From assembly GCA_036985715.1 (NCBI GenBank), contig BTQE01000002.1, positions 1,607 through 65,606 on the forward strand: a stretch of 64,000 nt of DNA. Reading direction: 5' to 3'. Position numbers and translations under genes: made by a program. The notes under the pieces were generated by a model. That model worked only from the letters and a program-made list of their open reading frames with translations. It had not been told where the DNA came from and made no database searches. This DNA is from Rhodothermia bacterium. Its GTDB lineage: Bacteria > Bacteroidota > Rhodothermia > Rhodothermales > UBA10348. Shown here one piece after another: positions 1-8,229 of the stretch. Position 1 is the first letter of the stretch, and every line of letters starts with the position of its first letter.

Positions 1-600
1 CCAGTGAGCGAACACCTCACCATAGTGCCACGTGGGAGCGATGAGTACCGTCTTCTTTCCGATTACATCGAATGGGTAGTAAGGTTGTGCCTTTGCCCTG
101 TCGATTGGTTTGATGAGATCGTCGTGGCTTGCAGCGCCGAGTATGCGGCAATTGTCTGGGTGGACGGCGCTGATCTCCGTACGGTGCTTAAAGTCCCACG
201 GCCCGAATGCCTGCCAAACAAGGTTCGGATTGGGTCTTCGGATGTCCCCCCAGGTTCGGCGCAACCAGCTGTGCAGTAGCCATAGTTCTTTTTCGTCGTT
301 GGGACCCTTCCAACCGAAACCGTGCCACAGGATTAGCGCAGTCCGAGAGGTCCTGAACAGCGGAATCCCGTTGTCCAGGATCGTGATATCCCATTTTTTC
401 GACGGCAGATTATGATACCAGCGTCGCTCGACGATCTCCGCCTTGAGCGGGAATAGCCTGGCAACACCCTGCTGAGAGAACGTATGCGGATCATCCAATA
501 CAATTCGCAACCGGACCTCCGGACGATTATCAAGGAATCGCGCCAGGCTCCAAAGGTCTCCTCCGAATGTTGTCGCCCAGATCAGTACGTTCATCAGCAT
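1..600 (-). CDS. Partial CDS that continues past the window start: TagB/TagF-like CDP-glycerol glycerophosphotransferase-family protein, N-terminal 200 aa
   Basis: Absent from the supplied ORF track because it has no stop codon inside the window. Manual translation of the reverse complement from the ATG at 600 gives an uninterrupted 200-codon frame (MLMNVLIWATTFGGDLWSLARFLD...GKKTVLIAPTWHYGEVFAHW). KKTVLIAPTW resembles the (I/V)LYAPTWR motif of teichoic-acid-type glycerophosphotransferases at the expected position. It lies 41 nt downstream of the stop of the same-strand GT gene at 642. Confidence 0.5.
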   Translation of the reverse strand, partial: MLMNVLIWATTFGGDLWSLARFLDNRPEVRLRIVLDDPHTFSQQGVARLFPLKAEIVERRWYHNLPSKKWDITILDNGIPLFRTSRTALILWHGFGWKGPNDEKELWLLHSWLRRTWGDIRRPNPNLVWQAFGPWDFKHRTEISAVHPDNCRILGAASHDDLIKPIDRAKAQPYYPFDVIGKKTVLIAPTWHYGEVFAHW

Positions 601-641
601 TTAGATATTTTTTCGATACGGCAGCGCCTCGTAAGTACAAA

Positions 642-1781
642 TCATTCGACTAGTCGGCGATACACCTCGAGTGTGCGTTCGGCGCACCTCTGGAAGTCAA
701 AAGCGGTAGTCCGCTCAACGCCTCGTTCAATGATACGCGAGCGTTCGCTACCGTCAGTTGTCGCAGCTCGAAGAGCCGATGCCATCGCCGAAATCTCGAG
801 CGGCGAACACAACCAGGCCGCGTCCCCGGCAACCTCGGCCATCGCGCCGAGATCGCTAGTGACGACAGGGCAACGGGACGCCATCGCCTCGATGATAGGA
901 AGTCCGAATCCCTCAACGAGAGAGGGGAAGAAGAAGGCTTGGGAATTGCGATACAGCGCCCTTAACTCTTCATTTCTTACGTGGCCAACGACGATGAGGC
1001 GATCCCGGATCGACGGGTCAGCGATTACTCGCTCGAACTCGCGGTCCGGTCGCCTGAGCCGCCGTACCAAAACGTAGCGCATCGGGTCGTCCGGAGCGAA
1101 AGCCCTTTCGAACGCCCTTATCGCTCGAACATGGTTCTTTCGTGGTGAACCTTGACCGACGGTAAGTACATATGGAAAAGATCCACCGACGAGGTGCTCG
1201 ACGAGCGCTCGATCGTCACCGACATCTTCCAAAAAGAACGGATCTAGCCCGCTACCCGTGACGATGATTCGAGCAGCGACTTCAGGACCGAAATGTTTTG
1301 CGATCTCGTGGGCTGAAGTAGACGATATCGTCACAAGGAGCGACGTGTGGTGCACTGCGTGTGATATGCCCCGCCTCCAGAATCGTCCAGCCGTCCAACG
1401 AAAGGCCCAGGCGGTGTCGATCAGTGCAGGATCCATCAACGGGATGACATCATGGATTGTGACCACGCTAGGCCGATTCAATCCGGAAGGCAGAAGATTG
1501 AATGTTGAGTGATAGACATCGTATGACTTCTTATTAAGGAGTCTACCTAATGAAAACCTTGTTTTGCGTGACCGAGGGGGAGCATTAAAGACAATATCGT
1601 AGCATCTGGCTGAATCGAAGCGGCCAGCCAGCCCGGGTACGCGGGTAACGAGACCATACTCGTTTACTGAGTCCACTTTCAGAAGTTGACGAAGGAGATT
1701 CTCCGTGTAGGTGGCAATACCGCTTCCGGACGCATTAAGGTACCGGGCATCGATGACGACGTTCATGCTAGGCGCTTTCAA
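642..1781 (-). CDS. Glycosyltransferase family 1 (GT4-type, GT-B fold)
   Basis: 379-aa ORF. The C-terminal region FFFPSLVEGFGLPIIEAMASRCPVVTSDLGAMAEVAGDAA is typical of Glycos_transf_1. Its start overlaps the stop of the upstream same-strand gene by 14 nt (1768-1781), which suggests an operon. Confidence 0.85.
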   Translation of the reverse strand: MKAPSMNVVIDARYLNASGSGIATYTENLLRQLLKVDSVNEYGLVTRVPGLAGRFDSARCYDIVFNAPPRSRKTRFSLGRLLNKKSYDVYHSTFNLLPSGLNRPSVVTIHDVIPLMDPALIDTAWAFRWTAGRFWRRGISHAVHHTSLLVTISSTSAHEIAKHFGPEVAARIIVTGSGLDPFFLEDVGDDRALVEHLVGGSFPYVLTVGQGSPRKNHVRAIRAFERAFAPDDPMRYVLVRRLRRPDREFERVIADPSIRDRLIVVGHVRNEELRALYRNSQAFFFPSLVEGFGLPIIEAMASRCPVVTSDLGAMAEVAGDAAWLCSPLEISAMASALRAATTDGSERSRIIERGVERTTAFDFQRCAERTLEVYRRLVE

Positions 1782-2725
1782 TCATGGCATCGCCGTCAGC
1801 TACGGCAGGGTCCGTTGAGAGCGGATTGCGACCAAAGAAGTACGTGGCGATGAAGATCAGCACGTTCGTGGAGCGTACCAGTACGCTCGACGCAACAAGT
1901 ATCCCGGCAATTGCCGTCGTGGCGATGCCCATCATGCTCGACAGCTCGACACTCGCGCTCAGAAAGAAAAGGTCCTTACTGGGTAGAAACGGTATGCGGT
2001 TCAGAACGATCAAAATAGACAAGTACGTAAGCCAAACGGAGATGGAAATGCCGGGAGCTCCAACCGACCACTGTAGAGCGATAAGAGCGTTTGCGCCCAG
2101 CAGTCGACCGTAGTGTATGCCTAGGATTCGGTAGGCGACGGGTCGCGATAATGAGAAAAGACTGTGGCGAAACTTGAATGCGACAATCACCACTACAACA
2201 ACTGCAACAGCACCGATCGCTGCGTATGAACCGTTGATCCGACCGAGTAGCGGACCGAGTAGAAGAAGCCCAGTAAGCGCCAGGATTCCGACAAGTCCGA
2301 AGGCCACGGTCATAGAGGCGACAGAAGACAAGATATTGTTGTCGCGGACGACTCGAAACGCTTCGCTGCGAGAGATCTCACTTCGCTGACTTAGCCACCA
2401 GTAGAGATAAACTTCGCCCGAATAGCCTGTCATCTCCTCATTGAAGACCCTCTTCTTCAGGAAAGCGCGAAGCCCGTCAAGGACGGGAATGGGCCACACT
2501 TGACGGTACACCAGCAGGTCGGCTACCGGTAGCGTCAGATAAATGACAACGAAAAGGACGTAGAACCAGGGATTCGTCGGCAGTGCACTCCACAACTCCT
2601 GCCAACCCAGCTGACGAAGGCGGTAGAAGAGAAATCCTACAATAGCCAGGGTGAGGAGACGGCTGCCCCACCGCAGTACGCTCTTGAGAGAATCCTTCTC
2701 CAAAAACGAGTGATCGTTGGACATG
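1768..2725 (-). CDS. Polytopic membrane protein, lysylphosphatidylglycerol-synthase-TM-region / flippase-like (UPF0104-type) family
   Basis: The track ORF is 597 aa (extending to 3561), but only the last 319 aa from the ATG at 2725 look like protein (MSNDHSFLEKDSLKSVLRWGSRLLTLAIVGFLFYRL...). That part has multiple hydrophobic helices. The upstream part of the ORF is antisense to the HD gene. Family assignment is by overall pattern. Confidence 0.6.
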
Positions 2726-3063
2726 AGCCGAGCCTGCCTCGAGTGAGCTTTCCGGTTGTGGATGAGAAAGCTACATGTCGAGTATCGTTTTACCAAAGAC
2801 GTATAGAACGAGGGTTGCAAACCATGGATGCGATTCGCTAACCCATAGTTCGATCGCAGAAAGGAACCGTGAACTGGTTTGAGGACTACAGGACATTTTG
2901 CTCCTCGCTCACATCCCTGTTGACATGCATCGGGTGGCAGCGTAATCTTCGCGCTGACCATAGACCATTGACAACGGCCCAGCTTAGACCAGTATTTTCG
3001 ACAGAACGCAGTAGCACGCGCCAGCACTTCTAACACTCTTTTATCGAACGAAAGGTCAGACTC

Positions 3064-3606
3064 ATGCGCGAAGCGGTGGAACAGCTGTGGCCAGAGCTGC
3101 AGTGGATTCAGGATTCGAATCTCAGAGAGAGCACTACCCAGACATGGGTCACCGTCATGGAGCGAAGTCCGCTCAAGCCGGAAGATCTGAATGAAATCCC
3201 ATTCACGCTCCTGATTCCGAACTGCCCGGCCACGTTTATGGAGCACAAACGATGTGTTGTGCACATTGCCAGAAAATCGGCGGAGGCGATGGATGAATTC
3301 CTCGGAAAAGGATTGCCAATAGATATGGACACCGTTATCGCAGGTGCAATACTCGCGGATGTAGGCAAACCCCTGGAATACGAAATCGTGGACGGCGAAC
3401 CGCGTCAGAGCGAGCGCGGCAAAGCTCTTCGCCATCCATTTACGGGTGTAGCTGTGGCGATGGAGTGTGGGGTACCCGACGCCGTTTGTCACATTATTGC
3501 AGCCCATGCAGCCGAAGGAGACCTGGTGAAACGATCCACTGAAGCGACGATCGTTCACCATGCCGATTTTATGAGTTATCTGCCATTCAAGAATCTTGCT
3601 GGCTGA
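3064..3606 (+). CDS. HD-domain metal-dependent phosphohydrolase
   Basis: 180-aa ORF with an H...HD-type signature (HKRCVVHIARKS...AGAILADVGKP...IIAAHAAEG...VHHADF). An in-frame stop at 3031 limits N-terminal extension. The next gene starts 40 nt downstream on the same strand. Confidence 0.75.
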   Translation: MREAVEQLWPELQWIQDSNLRESTTQTWVTVMERSPLKPEDLNEIPFTLLIPNCPATFMEHKRCVVHIARKSAEAMDEFLGKGLPIDMDTVIAGAILADVGKPLEYEIVDGEPRQSERGKALRHPFTGVAVAMECGVPDAVCHIIAAHAAEGDLVKRSTEATIVHHADFMSYLPFKNLAG

Positions 3607-3645
3607 AGCAAGCTTCGTTGTTCACGCTTACCCACTCACTTTCCT

Positions 3646-5025
3646 ATGCCCGATACGATCACTGCGAAGATGGCTCAATGGGCCACAACCTTGACGTATG
3701 ATGATCTCAGCGAGAGCGCCATTCATCAAGCTCGACGATACCTGTTGGACTCGCTCGGATGTGCCCTGGGAGGCTACGTCCAGGAAGACGTCCATATCGC
3801 TCTAAATGTCCTCGGCGAAATAGGCGGTTCAGGTCCATGCACGGTCGTCGGAACGGGCCACCAAACAGATGCAGTGACGGCTTCTCTAGCCAATGCGCTC
3901 ATGATTCGTGTGATGGATTACAATGATATCTACTGGCAGGCGGACCCATCGCATCCGTCGGACATCATTCCTGCTGCGATGGCCGGGACCGAGCGCTCAG
4001 GACTTGGCGGAAAGGAACTCATTACGGGAATTGTACTGGGACACGAGTTTGAAATGCGTCTGTGTGAGTTTGCGAAACCAGGTATTCGCGAGCGGGGATG
4101 GCACCATGCAACTCTTACAGCATTTGTCGCCCCCATTGTAATGGGGCATGCAATCGGTCTTTCCTGGGAGCAGATACAGCACGCGATCGGAATTTCTGCC
4201 TCACGTCACGCGACTCTTGGTGCGGTAACTGCCGGCAAGCTCACGATGATGAAGAATACGGTTGATCCCATGGCTACCCAGAGTGGTGTGTTCGCCGCAC
4301 TGCTCGCTGCCGAAGGATACACCGGACCGGAGCATGTGCTCGATGGGAAAGAAGGATTGATGCATTGTCTGGGTCCGGACTGGGATTTGGATCTTCTTGT
4401 GGATGGACTAGGTGAATCGTGGCGAATCGAGCGCTGCGGCATGAAAGCCTATCCGGCCGAGGCCCTCACGCACACACCGATTTCTGCCGTGATCGATATC
4501 GTTACTGAGCAGGATTTGTCGCCGGTCAGCGTGGAGAAAATTCTTGTCCGATCGCTTGCTCGTGCGGCCGATATTCTCGCGGACCCGTCCAAATACGATC
4601 CTCGTTCAAAGGAAAGTGCCGATCACAGTCTTCCGTATGTTATCGCGGCTGCTTTGGTCGACCGGCAGGTCACGCCGCTTCAGTTCAAACAAGATCGAAT
4701 TATGAGCGAGGATATCCGATCGCAACTGAAAAAAGTTGAAGTGGTCGCAGATCCTGAAATAGAAGCGGTATTTCCCGAGCTGCAGCGCGTCATCGTCACC
4801 ATTACGACCACCGACGGACAGGAGTACACCAAGCAGCTGGACTATCCGAAAGGAGATCCACGAAATCCTCTAACGGATGCGGACGTGGAGGAGAAGTTTG
4901 ATGCCCTGGCGGCGCCGGTCATGTCCAGTGACGCTAGAAGTAGGCTCAAGGATGCCGTTTGGCATCTTGAGGATGCCGAATCCGTGTCAGACTTTATGGC
5001 ACTCTGTAGAGCAGACATATCCTGA
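3646..5025 (+). CDS. MmgE/PrpD-family protein (2-methylcitrate dehydratase-like)
   Basis: 459-aa ORF. The N-terminus (AQWATTLTYDDLSESAIHQARRYLLDSLGCALGG) and the overall length are typical of the PrpD family. Substrate specificity cannot be read from the sequence. Confidence 0.85.
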   Translation: MPDTITAKMAQWATTLTYDDLSESAIHQARRYLLDSLGCALGGYVQEDVHIALNVLGEIGGSGPCTVVGTGHQTDAVTASLANALMIRVMDYNDIYWQADPSHPSDIIPAAMAGTERSGLGGKELITGIVLGHEFEMRLCEFAKPGIRERGWHHATLTAFVAPIVMGHAIGLSWEQIQHAIGISASRHATLGAVTAGKLTMMKNTVDPMATQSGVFAALLAAEGYTGPEHVLDGKEGLMHCLGPDWDLDLLVDGLGESWRIERCGMKAYPAEALTHTPISAVIDIVTEQDLSPVSVEKILVRSLARAADILADPSKYDPRSKESADHSLPYVIAAALVDRQVTPLQFKQDRIMSEDIRSQLKKVEVVADPEIEAVFPELQRVIVTITTTDGQEYTKQLDYPKGDPRNPLTDADVEEKFDALAAPVMSSDARSRLKDAVWHLEDAESVSDFMALCRADIS

Positions 5026-6982
5026 ACAGGGGCTTCTCATCGGTCAGACTATAGCAGAAAAGATCGCCCAGGCCCACAAGGTGGAAGGACCAGACCGACC
5101 TTTCCAGGCCGGTGACGTTGTATCGCTGCGTCCGCGGCATGTCATGACCCACGACAACACCGCCGCAGTCATGACGAAGTTTCAAGCGATCGGTGCCTCG
5201 GAGATGTTCGATCGCAAACAGCCCGTTTTTCCCATGGATCACGACGTGCAGAACAGGTCGGAATCCAATCTTGAGAAGTACCGATCCATCGAGGCTTTCG
5301 CGAAAGAAATGGACGTCGATTTCTATCCGCCGGGAACGGGGATCAGTCACCAGGTGATGGTCTCACACGGGTACGTTCTTCCTGGGGCGCTGGTGGTGGG
5401 ATCGGACTCTCATTCCAATATGTATGGCGCGCTCGGCGCGCTCGGGACTCCGGTCGTTCGAACAGATGCAGCGGCCATTTGGGCCACGGGCGAATTTTGG
5501 TGGCAGATCCCTCAGACGGTCCAGGTAATTCTGAATGGTCGTCTTCGACCGGGCGTATCCGGAAAAGACGTAATTGTCACGCTCTGTGGGATGTATAACC
5601 AGGGTGAAGTCCTGAATGCAATCGTCGAATTTGCAGGACCGGGAATTGAGCATCTGTCCATCGATGAGCGCATGACCATATCTAATATGACGACCGAGTG
5701 GGGTGCGTTGGCCGGATGGTTTCAGGTTGACGAGCAGACCATTCAATACTTGCAGCACCGAAAACGCATTCTGGATTTGAAGGGAATTGAACGCTTCACC
5801 GAATCCGATCTGGAGGACTGGCTGACGGATCCGCCCGAGCCTGATGAGGACGCCTCGTACGCCGCCCGAATAGAAATGGACCTGGACTTGGTCAGCCCTC
5901 ATGTATCGGGGCCGGACTCTGTGCAAGTCATGCGTTCACTAAGGGATATTGAGAAAGAGCGCGTCGAGATTCAGAAAGCCTATTTGGTTTCGTGTGTGAA
6001 TAGCCGGCTGGGAGACCTTGAGGTAGCCGCCGATGTTCTACGAGGAGAGAAAATTGCTGACCACGTTGAGTTTTATGTTGCCGCGGCCAGTAAGGAAATA
6101 CAGACGCAGGCGGAGGAGTCGGGCACCTGGGGAGAGCTTCTGGAAGCCGGAGCTCGGCCCCTTCCGTCCGGATGTGGCCCCTGTATCGGATTGGGAAGAG
6201 GACTTCTGGAGTCAGGTGAAGTAGGTATTTCAGCAACGAATCGTAACTTCAAGGGACGCATGGGATCAAGAGATGCTCAGACATACCTCGCAAGCCCGCA
6301 GGTGGTGGCTGCATCGGCTATCGCAGGATATATCTGTGGGCCGGAAGTAGCGGACAGTACAACTCCGGATTATCGATTCGAAGAGTATAAAGCAGAAGTG
6401 GCGACTGTGCGGGTAGACATCCTGGATGGATTCCCCCAATTGGTCAGCGGAAGACTGGTTTTCACTCCGCAAGACAACCAGAATACAGACGGAATTTATG
6501 GCAAGGACTATACGTACCGGGAAGGAATGACTCCTGAAGAAATGGCGGCAGTCGTCATGGAAAATTACGACCCCGAATTTGCTGGTCGGACCGAGGAAGG
6601 CGATATCCTAGTCGGCGGATATAATTTTGGAACTGGATCGAGTCGCGAACAGGCCGCAACGGCGCTAAAATTCAAAGGAATTTCCCTCGTTATTGCGGGC
6701 AGTTTTTCCCAAACTTACTTGCGCAACGCCTACAACAACGGGTTCGTCTGTATCGATTGTCCGGAATTCGTGAATGAACTCAAACACGAGTTTTCTGACG
6801 AGATTGCAGCATCGACGTTGACCATTATTCCGGGTGATAAGTTGGAGGTCGACTTTGAGGTCGCATCCGTCAAATACCGGAATCAGGTGTATCGATTCCG
6901 CCCCCTTGGATCCGTTCCACAATCACTCGTAGTAGCAGGCGGTATCGAGAACGTTGTCAAGAATCGATTGGGGATCTCATAA
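4973..6982 (+). CDS. Aconitase-superfamily hydro-lyase with fused large (LeuC-like) and small/swivel (LeuD-like) domains; homoaconitase/aconitase-like
   Basis: GQTIAEKIAQAH..HVMTHDNT, VVGSDSHSNMYGALG, and Fe-S ligand cysteines in VSCVNSR and SGCGPCIGLG. The C-terminal swivel domain carries GGYNFGTGSSREQAATALK. The start is uncertain: the track start at 4877 lies deep inside the PrpD-family gene, and the nearest canonical start is the ATG at 4973, which overlaps that gene by 53 nt. Confidence 0.8.
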   Translation: MPNPCQTLWHSVEQTYPEQGLLIGQTIAEKIAQAHKVEGPDRPFQAGDVVSLRPRHVMTHDNTAAVMTKFQAIGASEMFDRKQPVFPMDHDVQNRSESNLEKYRSIEAFAKEMDVDFYPPGTGISHQVMVSHGYVLPGALVVGSDSHSNMYGALGALGTPVVRTDAAAIWATGEFWWQIPQTVQVILNGRLRPGVSGKDVIVTLCGMYNQGEVLNAIVEFAGPGIEHLSIDERMTISNMTTEWGALAGWFQVDEQTIQYLQHRKRILDLKGIERFTESDLEDWLTDPPEPDEDASYAARIEMDLDLVSPHVSGPDSVQVMRSLRDIEKERVEIQKAYLVSCVNSRLGDLEVAADVLRGEKIADHVEFYVAAASKEIQTQAEESGTWGELLEAGARPLPSGCGPCIGLGRGLLESGEVGISATNRNFKGRMGSRDAQTYLASPQVVAASAIAGYICGPEVADSTTPDYRFEEYKAEVATVRVDILDGFPQLVSGRLVFTPQDNQNTDGIYGKDYTYREGMTPEEMAAVVMENYDPEFAGRTEEGDILVGGYNFGTGSSREQAATALKFKGISLVIAGSFSQTYLRNAYNNGFVCIDCPEFVNELKHEFSDEIAASTLTIIPGDKLEVDFEVASVKYRNQVYRFRPLGSVPQSLVVAGGIENVVKNRLGIS

Positions 6983-7032
6983 TCCTTTCATTCCTTATTT
7001 AACATTCTGGATTATTCCGAACGAGTAGCCAT

Positions 7033-8220
7033 ATGACAAGACCCACAGTGGTAACCATGCCCGGAGACGGCATTGGAGAAATAGTTCTACCCGAGGCACT
7101 CAAGGTGCTCGACGCAGTTGGGTGGGACGCAAACTACGTCCACGCTGATATCGGTTGGGAATTTTGGAAGAGTGAGGGGAATCCGCTCCCTGAGCGTACG
7201 ATCGATCTACTTCGTGAACACAAACTGGGACTTTTTGGTGCGATCACATCCAAGCCTAAAAATAAGACCGTCGCAGAACTGAACCCTGAGCTTCACGACC
7301 AAGGATTGGTCTATTTCAGCCCGATTGTGGCGATGCGACAACTATTTAATTTGGATATCTGCATTCGGCCGTGCCGATCTTTCGAGGGGAATTTGCTCAA
7401 TTTCGCGCGCCAGACGGCAGGAGGCGGATTTGAAGAGCCACCGGTCGACGTGGTCGTTTTCAGGCAAAACACCGAGGGACTATACTGCGGCATTCAATGG
7501 ACGAATCCGTCGGGCGAAGTGCGGGGAGCCTTAGCCTCGCACCCCAAATATCAACCCTTCGCTGAAGTCCCGAGCGCAGATCTTGCGATGGCTGTTCGAC
7601 TTTTCACGCGAAACGCGTGTCACAGGATTCTACTCGGCGCCTTCGAGTATGCCAGGAAATATGGTTACACGTCGGTCACAGTGTGTGAGAAGCCCAATGT
7701 GCTTCGGGAGACGTCCGGCATGATGGAAGAGGAGGCCAGAAAGATCCACGAGGATTTTTCTGACATTCAGCTCTGGTCCACGAACATCGACGCGCAAATG
7801 ATGTGGCTCACCAAGAATCCGGAGGACTATGGCGTGATCGTTTCAGGGAATCTTTTTGGTGATATTGTTTCAGACGCTTTTGCCGGTTTGGTAGGTGGAC
7901 TCGGTTTCGCGTGTTCGGGGAATATTGGGGACGACGTTGCCGTGTTCGAACCGACGCATGGATCTGCTCCGAAATATGTCGATCTTGATCCGTCTATTGT
8001 AAACCCGATCGCCATGATTCTGAGCGCTGCCATGATGCTGGATCACATGGGCGAATCAGATAAGGCAACGCTCGTCAGAAAAGCCGTCGCGACGGTTGTC
8101 AGCGACGGACGCGTGCGGACGTATGACATGATGCGAATTCCTGGCGGTTCGAACTCCGTTGAACAGGGGGCGGCAACAACCCGGCAAATGACAGACGCAA
8201 TAGTTGAAGCGCTTGGATAA
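7033..8220 (+). CDS. Isocitrate/isopropylmalate dehydrogenase-family beta-decarboxylating dehydrogenase (Icd-like)
   Basis: 395-aa ORF with MPGDGIGEIV, LFGAITSKP, MRQLFNLDICIRPCR (compare E. coli Icd [15 protein letters not shown]), and GNLFGDIVSDAFAGLVGGLG. Confidence 0.85.
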   Translation: MTRPTVVTMPGDGIGEIVLPEALKVLDAVGWDANYVHADIGWEFWKSEGNPLPERTIDLLREHKLGLFGAITSKPKNKTVAELNPELHDQGLVYFSPIVAMRQLFNLDICIRPCRSFEGNLLNFARQTAGGGFEEPPVDVVVFRQNTEGLYCGIQWTNPSGEVRGALASHPKYQPFAEVPSADLAMAVRLFTRNACHRILLGAFEYARKYGYTSVTVCEKPNVLRETSGMMEEEARKIHEDFSDIQLWSTNIDAQMMWLTKNPEDYGVIVSGNLFGDIVSDAFAGLVGGLGFACSGNIGDDVAVFEPTHGSAPKYVDLDPSIVNPIAMILSAAMMLDHMGESDKATLVRKAVATVVSDGRVRTYDMMRIPGGSNSVEQGAATTRQMTDAIVEALG

Positions 8221-8229
8221 CTTCAGATT

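Noticed and set aside
2726-3561. N-terminal 278 aa of the 597-aa track ORF (1768..3561, minus strand)
   Set aside because: This part is antisense to a well-supported HD-domain gene and has a non-protein-like composition. The membrane-protein family begins naturally at the ATG at 2725.
4877-4972. Track start of the aconitase-family ORF at 4877
   Set aside because: It would overlap the PrpD-family gene by about 150 nt and add an Arg/Trp-rich extension (MRTWRRSLMPWRRRS...) typical of out-of-frame translation.
5363-5926. 187-aa ORF antisense to the aconitase-family gene
   Set aside because: For the same reason: it is embedded antisense in a well-supported gene.
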